55,670 nt of DNA from a virus (Duplodnaviria > Caudoviricetes), in the IMG/VR virus record IMGVR_UViG_3300027491_000004, positions 1-55,670 of that record. One strand, written 5' to 3'. Shown piece by piece: positions 31,279 to 41,300 of the stretch. Position 1 is the stretch's first letter. Each line of letters begins with the position of its first letter. Under the pieces are notes generated by a model, which did not search any database, was not told the origin of the DNA, and worked only from the letters and a program-made list of their open reading frames with translations. The translations under genes and the position numbers were made by a program.

Positions 31279-34200
31279 ATGCCCAATAACATTCTTATTA
31301 AGAAATCCTCGGTTGCAGCTCGTGTTCCTACCACTAGCGACCTAGACTACGGTGAACTTGCGCTCAATTATGCTGACGGCGCGCTGTATTACAAGACTTC
31401 CGCTAATGCAATTGCACGGCTGAACCCGCCTGAGTCAATTGGCTTTGCAAACGTCGCAGTCACTGGTCAAAGCACACTTGTTGCTGATACCGCAACTGGC
31501 ACACTGACAATTGCTGCGGGCACTGGAGTGACTCTCACCACGAATGCCACCACTGATACCCTGACAATTGCTCACAGTGATACCTCGTCGGTCACTAATC
31601 TTTCCTCGGATAATTCTGCTGGCGTGGTGCTGCAAGACATCGCATTCACTTTTGATACCTATGGCCATGTTCAGACTGCAACTGTAGCTACAACAGATCT
31701 GGATGCTCGATACCTGCAGGCAGAATCGGATACTCTGGCTACAGTCACAACTCGAGGAGCAACGACAACGAATGCAATTACTGTCGGTGGTCTGACAGTC
31801 AATGGAAATGCAACAGTCACTGGCGATATAAGTGGAATTGACTCTCTGACGTTCGATGTCACAGCAACAGAGGCAAATGCTGTCGGAAAGCTATACTGGA
31901 ACACATCTGATGGCACACTAAGTTTTGGATTGGTAGGTGGAAACTCGATTAATCATATTGGTCAGCATCTTACAAACTATGTTTTTAATGCCGATACCAC
32001 TACTATTGCTAAAGGCGAGGTAGTGTATATTTTTTCGGCACAAGGCGATAGAGCCTCTGTCAAAAAAGCATCAAATGCCACCGAGGCGACATCATCCAAG
32101 ACCCTAGGTGTAGCCTCAGAAAATATTGCACCGGGTACCGTCGGATTTGTGGTTTCTCATGGCGTTGTCGATGGACTAAGCCTGGGCGCGTTCAATCCCG
32201 GAGATACTGTATATTTGGGTACCACTCCAGGAACAATCACTGCTACTTTACCGATTGCACCATACCATACTATCTTTGTAGGCGTGATCGCTCGTGCGAA
32301 TAATGGAAATGGTCAGTTATTCGTCAAGATTCAGAATGGACTACAGATCGATGAGCTTCATGATATTCAGATCTCAAATCTGGCAAATAATGACTCTCTG
32401 TTCTATGATGCTCCGACATTAGTCTGGAAGAATACAACTCCGGCAAATGCTCGCACGAAGTTAGGTCTGGGCACAATAGCAACGCAAAATGCAAACTCAG
32501 TTGCAATTACTGGTGGAGCAATCGATGGAACTCCGATCGGTGCAACAACAGCAAGCACCGGCAAGTTCACGACTCTGCAAACAACAGGAAATGTTATTGT
32601 GGGTGGTAACCTAACAATTACTGGCACCACAACAACTGTCAATGCCCAGAATCTGGCGATCTCAGATAACTTGATCCTGCTGAATAACGGCATTCAGACC
32701 ACAATCACAAATGTTTCTGGATCGGGCACAGTTATAACCTATACCACTCTTGAGGCACACAATTACAGCACAAATATGTCTGTAACTGTGACGGGAGTCA
32801 ATCCTTCTCAGTATAATATCACAAACCAGACAATCACCGGAGTAACATCGAATTCCTTTACAGTTGCAGGATCAGCAACTGGTACATATATCTCTGGTGG
32901 TACTGCAAGAGGTACGACAAATGCAAATCCCGACCTAGGATTTGCCGCTGGATATAACGATGGAACATATCGGCATGCCGGATTTTTCCGCGATGCAACA
33001 GATGGTTACTTTAAGCCATTCAAGAACTATACTCCTGAGCCGGATGCCGATATCTATATCGATACCAGCCATGGATCATTTGCTCTAGCAGATATTCAGG
33101 CTGCTAACTTCCGGGGCGCTCTCGTGGGCAATGCCACAACTGCAAGCACACTGGCAGGTACACCGACAATCAATGGAGTGACATTCAATGGTGGATCGAA
33201 TATCACCATTACTTCCAATACCACGAATGCTCTGACAATTGGAGCAGGACTTACCGGCACAAGCTTTAACGGATCTGCTGCTGTCACAATCACGGTTGAT
33301 AACACAGTAGCGCGCACCAACGATACTCTATATGTCGGTACTACAGCAATTGCGCTGAATCGAGCATCTGCCACCCAGACATTGACCGGCGTCAGTATCA
33401 GTGGAAATGCCGGAACTGTCACGAACGGCGTCTATACAACAGATACCGGCACCGTCACAAATACAATGCTGGCAGGAAGTATTGCAAATAACAAGCTTCT
33501 TAATAGCTCAATTACGATTGCTGGTACATCTACTGCACTCGGTGGAAGTATTACTCAGGATACAATCACGGGTCTGTCTGCCACGGGTATCATTAAGCGT
33601 ACTGGAGCAAACACTCTTGCTATTGCGTCAGCGGGTACTGACTATGTTATTCCATCTGGAAGTATTACTGGATCTGCAGGATCAGTGGCTAATGCTCTGA
33701 CACTAGGATCATATCTGACTGGTGTAAGCTATAACGGATCTGCAGCAATCACTGCTGCAGTCGATGCGACATCCGCAAATACAGCAAGTAAGGTTGTTGC
33801 TCGTGATGCATCTGGTAACTTTAGTGCCGGCACGATCACCGCTAATCTGACAGGTACAGCATCCGGAAATCTGACATCGGCCTCATCGCTGACTGCAGGT
33901 AACCTAACAGGAACAATTCCGTCTGCAGTACTAGGATCATCTGCGCTATATGTCGGCACGACATCTATTGCGCTGAATCGAGCATCTGCATCTCAATCTC
34001 TGACTGGAGTGAATATCGATGGCACAGCCTCGAACATCACTGCATATACAATTAATCAGAATCTTGGCACAACAAACGATCCTACGTTTGCATCATTAAA
34101 TGTTAATGGCAGTGTTGGAGCAACTACCTTCAATGGTAATTTGGTTGGCACCAGCGCAACAGTTGCTAGTATAATTATAGGATCTTCCGGAATAACTGTT

Positions 34201-35292
34201 CCAATTAGTTCTACAGGTCCGATTGCTGGATTGCCCGGATCGATGCCTGGACTATGGTTTGATTTTGCAGGATATGGCGCATGGTTTGATTCTACAGATA
34301 TTAGATTAACAGCTGGCTGGGGCGGCACTGGTAGTATTTTTGCAGATGGCGGCGCAACGTTTGGCGGCAACCTAACTGTAGATACAGATACTCTATTTGT
34401 AGATGCCACGAATAATCGAGTCGGCGTGGGCACGGCAAGCCCGCAGTATAAGCTTCATGTTTCTGGCGATGCTCGAATCACTGGCGCGCTATATGATTCA
34501 GCCAATTCTGCCGGCACCAATGGCCAGGTACTAACATCAACTGCTACTGGCACTGCATGGAGTTCTACCGGTGCAGGAATCACTGGCTCTGGCACCGCCG
34601 GTAAACTGCCGAAATGGTCTTCTACAACTGCTTTAGCTGATTCTGTTATTACTGAATCCTCTAGCAATATTGGTATTGGTATCACAAATCCTTCTCAGAA
34701 ACTGGATGTGGCGGGCGCGGTTGCTGCCACGAATTCTGGTGGAAATCCTAATTTCCGTGCTGTAGATGGTTCAATCATCACCAAAGTTCAATCCCAATCT
34801 GTAGGCGATACAGCCGGTGCGATTGGAACAGAAAGTAACCATGTTCTGAGGCTGGTTACTAATAATACTGCAAGAGTAACACTTGATACAAGCGGAAATG
34901 TTGGCATCGGTACTACATCGCCTGGACAGAAACTTGATGTCAACGGCAATATCGGCTGGGGCACAGATCATGTTCTGGCATATTCGACGCTGACAACAAC
35001 AGCGACAACAGCAAATCAGGTCATTACTGCAGTTTCTACAACATCATTCCGCACCTTCAAGTTCATCATTCAGGCAGTCGATGCAACTGCAGGCAAGTAT
35101 CAATCGCAAGAAATTATGGCGATTCATAATGGATCTACAGTTGCTCATACAGAGTACACAGCAATCAATGTCGGCGGTGCTGTTGCGACATTCGATGTGG
35201 ATATTAGTGCAAGCACCGTGCGTCTACTCTGTACTCCACTTTCTGCAAACAGCACCGTCTTTAAGGTCTCTATGCAGCTGATCAAGGTTTAA
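31279..35292 (+). CDS. Tail fibre-like protein (Mtd-N-like N-terminus, internal cement-like domain, C-terminal beta domain)
   Basis: ILIKKSS...VP...L.YGELALNYADG.LYYK start; IAKGEVVY...LGVA...G.V...G...YL domain; VGIG repeats; C-terminal FRTFKFIIQ...EIMAIHNG...TEY domain. Confidence 0.82.
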   Translation: MPNNILIKKSSVAARVPTTSDLDYGELALNYADGALYYKTSANAIARLNPPESIGFANVAVTGQSTLVADTATGTLTIAAGTGVTLTTNATTDTLTIAHSDTSSVTNLSSDNSAGVVLQDIAFTFDTYGHVQTATVATTDLDARYLQAESDTLATVTTRGATTTNAITVGGLTVNGNATVTGDISGIDSLTFDVTATEANAVGKLYWNTSDGTLSFGLVGGNSINHIGQHLTNYVFNADTTTIAKGEVVYIFSAQGDRASVKKASNATEATSSKTLGVASENIAPGTVGFVVSHGVVDGLSLGAFNPGDTVYLGTTPGTITATLPIAPYHTIFVGVIARANNGNGQLFVKIQNGLQIDELHDIQISNLANNDSLFYDAPTLVWKNTTPANARTKLGLGTIATQNANSVAITGGAIDGTPIGATTASTGKFTTLQTTGNVIVGGNLTITGTTTTVNAQNLAISDNLILLNNGIQTTITNVSGSGTVITYTTLEAHNYSTNMSVTVTGVNPSQYNITNQTITGVTSNSFTVAGSATGTYISGGTARGTTNANPDLGFAAGYNDGTYRHAGFFRDATDGYFKPFKNYTPEPDADIYIDTSHGSFALADIQAANFRGALVGNATTASTLAGTPTINGVTFNGGSNITITSNTTNALTIGAGLTGTSFNGSAAVTITVDNTVARTNDTLYVGTTAIALNRASATQTLTGVSISGNAGTVTNGVYTTDTGTVTNTMLAGSIANNKLLNSSITIAGTSTALGGSITQDTITGLSATGIIKRTGANTLAIASAGTDYVIPSGSITGSAGSVANALTLGSYLTGVSYNGSAAITAAVDATSANTASKVVARDASGNFSAGTITANLTGTASGNLTSASSLTAGNLTGTIPSAVLGSSALYVGTTSIALNRASASQSLTGVNIDGTASNITAYTINQNLGTTNDPTFASLNVNGSVGATTFNGNLVGTSATVASIIIGSSGITVPISSTGPIAGLPGSMPGLWFDFAGYGAWFDSTDIRLTAGWGGTGSIFADGGATFGGNLTVDTDTLFVDATNNRVGVGTASPQYKLHVSGDARITGALYDSANSAGTNGQVLTSTATGTAWSSTGAGITGSGTAGKLPKWSSTTALADSVITESSSNIGIGITNPSQKLDVAGAVAATNSGGNPNFRAVDGSIITKVQSQSVGDTAGAIGTESNHVLRLVTNNTARVTLDTSGNVGIGTTSPGQKLDVNGNIGWGTDHVLAYSTLTTTATTANQVITAVSTTSFRTFKFIIQAVDATAGKYQSQEIMAIHNGSTVAHTEYTAINVGGAVATFDVDISASTVRLLCTPLSANSTVFKVSMQLIKV

Positions 35293-35298
35293 TAAATA
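35291..35298 (+). promoter_or_regulatory. Late promoter-like AATAAATA
   Basis: One mismatch from consensus, at a gene junction. Confidence 0.55.
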
Positions 35299-35322
35299 GG
35301 TAAAACCGGACTTTAACTACCA

Positions 35323-38300
35323 ATGGCAATCAAATCATTTCTTTCCGAGGGCGGATTCTCAGTTGGCTCAGTAGGATCGACGCCGATCGAGGTCATCGAC
35401 TCATCCGGTAACGTTACTGCAGTAGGACTCACTGTCAGCGGTAACCTCATTGTCAATGGCTCGACAACGACGATCAACTCGACAACCACAACTCTAGATG
35501 ATCCAATCTTTACCCTGGGCGGAGATACTGCGCCGACATCAGATGATAACAAAGACCGCGGCATTGAGTTCCGCTGGCACACCGGATCGCTAGCCAAGGT
35601 AGGATTCTTCGGATACGATGACAGTACAGGCAAGTTTGTATTCATTCCAGATGCTACTAACAATAGCGAAGTATTCGCCGGAACGAAAGGCACTCTCGAT
35701 GCAAATATCGAGTGGGCAGATGTGCTTAATAAGCCAGATCCGGTTGTCACAGTCACTCTGACGGGCGATGTTACTGGTACAGCAAATGCGACTCTGACAG
35801 ATCTGGGCAATGGCACGATCACTGTGGCCACTACGATTGCTGCAGATTCAATTGCTCTGGGCACTGATACAACCGGAAACTACGTTGCATCGATCACCAA
35901 CGGATCGTATATCACCGGCGGAAACGGTGGATCTGAAGGTGCTGCACTCACTCTGGCAGTCGATGCTACATCGGCTAATACAGCGAGCAAAGTAGTTGCT
36001 CGTGATGCAAGCGGTAACTTCAGCGCAGGAGTGATCACCGGAACTCGCCTCGAGGCCAGAAATTCAGGAGCAACTCAGATCTATCTTGATAGTACAACGA
36101 GCGGAAGTAAGGAAATCGTGTTTCAAAACAACGGCGCAACTGCCGGATATGTCTGGGCATCTGGAAGCTATGTTGGACTTGGAGGAGGAGGCGCGGCAAC
36201 TTCGCTTTTTGTAACAGCAGCGAGCGGAAATACTGGTATCGGAACAACTTCACCTGGAGGTAGATTAGAAGTCAATTTTACTGCTGCTACCGGCGCTACT
36301 GCACTCATTCTCAGAACATCTGATGGCGGTGCAAATGGAACGATCCGTTGGCAGAATAGCACTGCAGTTAATGGCGCGGCAATTGGTTCGAACTATAATG
36401 TTTCTGATGTCGGCGCACTAGAATTTCTAAACGGAAATACTACAAACGTCATTTTCCGTTCATCCGGTAATGTGGGTATTGGGACAACGGCGCCTGGTCA
36501 AAAACTAGAAGTAAATGGAAATATTTTAGCTGGAAATTCAGTTGCTAATAATAGTATTTCTGTCACGAGAACTGGCGCGAATTCCTCAAGTTTATCTCTT
36601 CAGGCATTTACTGATAGCCCTGCAATTACTTGGGATGGCGCTGGTGGATATCTTAGATTTATATACAGCTCGACAGAACAAATGCGAATCACCAGCGGCG
36701 GTAATGTTGGTATTGGCGTAACTAGTCCAGGCGCCAAACTTCATGTTGCCGGTGCCCACGCGGATGAAGGCGCAGATCGTGCTGCTACAACTGCCTTTAT
36801 CGTAGATACAAAAACTAATGGTACTGGCGATGGCAAGACGTATATTAAAACCGGGTGGGTTAATACTGGAAATTATGGTGTATCTACTCTTGCTGTAGGA
36901 TATTACGCATCGGGAACTCAGGTTAGAGATGTAATTACAATGCTTGGAACAGGTAACGTTGGTATTGGCGTTTCTGCTCCTGTAGTTCCACTTGAAGTAA
37001 AAGATGCTGGCGCCGGCAATAAAGTTGCACACTTTGGATCAGGATACGTTCGCATCGGCGGATCAATTGATAACGGGTCAAGTACAGTTCTAAATGTAGC
37101 TCCTGGTGTTGTAGCGTTCGACGCGCCTGGAGTTGTAGGCGGAAGATTTACGATCAACTCGAGCGGCAACGTTGGTATCGGAAATACATCACCAAGCAAT
37201 AAGCTGGATGTTACTGGTGCAATTAGAACAACTGACTGGTACTACGTCGATGGATCTGGATTTGGCATGTATAATAATGCCACGGGTTTATATCTGTCGA
37301 CCATCGGAAATAACTGGGATATCTCAAGTGCTTCTGGGCAAACGTGGTCCGGCCTGCGTTTATATTCCGGCGGTAAAAACGTTACTTGGCGCGGCCACTT
37401 CTATGGCGATGGTACTGGTCAAGGTTTCCTAGATTCTGCTGGAAACTGGGCACTTCGCGTAGATAGCTCAAAGCGTTTAATTGCATACTCCGGTATCGCA
37501 AATATGGACGCGGGAATCCGTGTTAGTATGCCAGGTGGTGCAGCATATGCTACGACTACTTCTACTATTACTGGAGCATTTAAGATCAAGCTGCCGACTG
37601 CACGCTATAAGTCGGATTCAATGCTGCGGATGACGATCAACATCTACCAGTACAGCACTGGTCAATCGTTAAAGTTTAATGTCGGTGGATATAACTATAA
37701 TCATGCCACAAATGCATGGCTAAATGTATTTGCCGAGCAGGAATCCGACTCAAACGCAACAGTTTATACTGTGCGCTTCGGTGACGATGGCACTTCTAAC
37801 TGTATTTGGATCGGTGAGACAAATTCTACATGGTCTTATCCGCAGGTATTTGTTTCTGATTTTCAGGCCGGATTTGGTGGAACTACTGCTGACTGGGCAT
37901 CAAGCTGGGCAATTACTGCTGTCACTGCATTTGATACTGTTTATACATCTCGAGTTTCTGCAATTAAGGTTACCTCGAATAATATCGGTACTTATGGTGT
38001 AAGCTCGATTACTGGCACTGCAAATCAGATCACAGCATCTGCTAGCACTGGTGCGGTAACGCTGTCACTGCCGCAGAATATCCATACTGGAGCAACACCG
38101 ACATTCTCATCACTCACGCTAAGCGGAGATGTTATAACACTGAGCGGATCTGGCGTATCTGCATATGCAAATAGCACAGCCAGAATTTACAACCAGGCAG
38201 GTGTAGGGCCGACGATCAATGGTAATTCACTCGAGGTGCGTACTGGTTCTTCTGGAACACTTGCGCTCACAGTAAATAGCTCGCAGCATTCTCTATTTGC

Positions 38301-41300
38301 AGGAAGAGCCTCAACCGGTGTATTTCCAGGATTTACTTCTGCTCAATTACCACAGTACGGTATGGGAGTGGCATATGGTACAGATGCTACATCATATGCT
38401 GCTACTGGAGCTACTCGAGCGCCGGACGGTTATACTATTGCGATCGGTCCATTCAATAATACAAATCGCTATTCGCAAATCGTATTTGGTGTTGGAAACG
38501 GCGGCGTAAATGGATTCTCTTATATCGGAGGCGCAGCACATGGAACATCGTATCTGGCACATCTGATTTTTGGCCGTACTACTGGTTCTGCGTCATATGC
38601 GGAATCCATGCGAATCGATGGATCGAGCGGCAACGTCCTCATCGGCGGTGTCATCGACGGCGGGCAGAAGTTGCAGGTGAACGGGACGGGGTACTTCGCG
38701 GGCTCGGTTCAGTCACGCGCCGCCGCCGCGTCTTTTGTCGCCGCAAATTACGATTATACGGGTGACTACAGTTTGGCTTCCACGGTGGGCAGCCTGATCG
38801 GCTCAAATAGCACTTCGGCAAGTCTTCGCATCGCGGTTCTCGGAAGTGACACGACCTCTGACCCATTTGTAAACTTTCTGACTGCCGGCGCGACCAATTG
38901 GTCCGTTGGAGTGGACAATAGCGACAGCGATAGTTTCAAGATTACAAATACCACCGGAGTGGGCTCTAACGAAAAGCTCACGATTACTACTGCCGGAGCC
39001 GCCACCTTCGCGGCAGGCATCACCGTAAACAGCTCGATAACATCAGGCGCCGGATCATTGTCGCTGAACGGCGCGAGCGGTAACGGTGTGATCATTAACA
39101 ATTCTTTGACTGGCGGCGTGAACATCGGCGCGGTTCCGACACAAGTAGGTATTCTTTCCGTGCGCCCAGTGGCCGATGGCATCTTTAATTTTCGCAATGC
39201 TGCGAGCCTTGGCTCCTACACAGGCGGCGCAATCGACATGCTTAACGACGCGACCAACACCGTCACAAATCTGACGTTTCGCGCCGCGGCATATAACTTC
39301 CTCACCGGAGCCGCCACCTTCGCGGGCGCGGTGACTTTTAACGGAGCCACGACGCACAGCGGCAGCGCCACATTTAACTCTGGCGCTCGTATTATCCCAG
39401 ACGGTGGTTCTGCGTCTGCTACTGGCGTAGGGTTCACGGCTGGAAACGGATTTTTTTACACGGGCTCAAACATTGTTCGCATTGCGGCCGCTGGCGTGGA
39501 GGCGGCGACGTTCTCCGCTACTGCCGCCACCTTCGCGGGCGCGGTGACGGTGGCTGGCAACCTAACTATAACCGCATCTGGCAAGCAAACACTTGGGCAA
39601 AGCGTTAATGCAACGGTTTACGCAGGAAATAGCACTACACTAGATCAAGCAATAATTCTCTCGAATACTCGCCGCGCAAACTATGGCGATGTAATGATCG
39701 CAAAGAATCTTGAGGGTGTAGCTTCTACCGATAGTTATGCAACTCCAGGAACAACTGTTGCTACAGGATACGCCGCTGTTGAGATGCGCTACGGCGGCGC
39801 TGTCAGAGTGTATGGCAATAGCGGCGCTACAACAGCAGCCGCAACTGTTTCACCCAACGTTTTAGCAGAATTTACTCCAACAAGTGTAGCATTAAATCAA
39901 AATACTAGTGTCACTGGAAATCTTACAGTCAGCGGTAACTTGATAATTAACGGCACCACAACTACTGTTAATTCCACAGTATCTACGATCAAGGATCCAA
40001 TCGTTACTTTAGGAGGCGGTGACGCTGGAACTGCTGCTGCATCCGATGATAACAAGGACCGCGGCATTGAATTCAAGTGGCACAATGGAACTGCAGCAAA
40101 GACTGGATTCTTCGGATTCGATGACAGCACTGGGTACTTTACCTTTATTCCAGATGCAACAAATACAAGCGAGGTATTCAGCGGAACTCAAGGCGATATT
40201 CAGGCATCTAATTTCCGTGGAAACCTGATCGGTAACGTTACTGGAAATGTCAGCGGATCTGCTGGATCTGTTGCGACACTGACTGCCGGATCATATCTGA
40301 CTGGTACATCATCATCATTTAATGGATCTACCGCTGTCACGTTTGCGGTTGATGCAACTTCTGCAAACACAGTTTCTAAGGTTGTGGCTCGTGATGCGAG
40401 TGGTAACTTTAGTGCGGGTACAATTACTGCTGCGCTATCAGGAAATGCTTCTACATCGAGTGATTCCAGCTTATTGAATGGAATTTCTGCGATTAACCTG
40501 TATAACAACATGGGAGAAGGCCATGGCCAGCGCACCTCCTTTGATGCTACTACACCGTCTTACGGCTTTGGTTATAGATACGTGCAAGGATCGACGAATG
40601 GCCCTGGTACGGGTGGCGGTGTAAGCGGTCAATTTTATTCGTGGTACATCGGTTTGGGCTCTCAATATCCTGCAACTGGAGCCAACTCGCATGGCGCGAT
40701 GTTTGCAGTTGACCGCAATTCTGCGACACCTTATCTTTCTGTTAGATTTAATGAATCTAATGCCTTTGGTTCATGGTATAAGATTCGCGCGGGCGCAGCC
40801 GATAGTTGGTCCACAGCACGCACATTAACTATCGGATCAACTGGCAAATCAGTAAATGGATCTGCGGATGTCGCATGGACAGCATCTGAAATCGGCACGT
40901 CAGCAAACACCGCTAGTACAATTGTAGCGCGTGACGCAAGCGGATCATTTTCTGCTGGTGCATCTAACTTTATTGGTCCAGCAACTACGACAGCATATGC
41001 GCTTCGAGTTGCTAAAGGTAATGCTGCCGATACGGGCGGCCACACCACATTCCTAGGAATGGCGTGCGAAACTACATCATGGTCAAAAGGCGCGATTGGG
41101 TGGACTCGTACTGGATCATACGATACCGGACAACTTGGCTTCTTCATTAATACTGCAGTTGACGCAACTAGTGCGGCAACATCCGACCTCAAGATGGTCA
41201 TTCTTGGAAACGGAAATGTTGGTATCGGATTAGCATTCGGCACTGCGCCTTCTTACAAGCTAGAAGTTAGTGGAACTGGATATTTTAGCGGAGCACTATC

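Noticed and set aside
38993-39548. Repeat-spacer pattern as a CRISPR array
   Set aside because: Only three short copies with 200-300 nt in-frame coding spacers, and no cas genes or leader.
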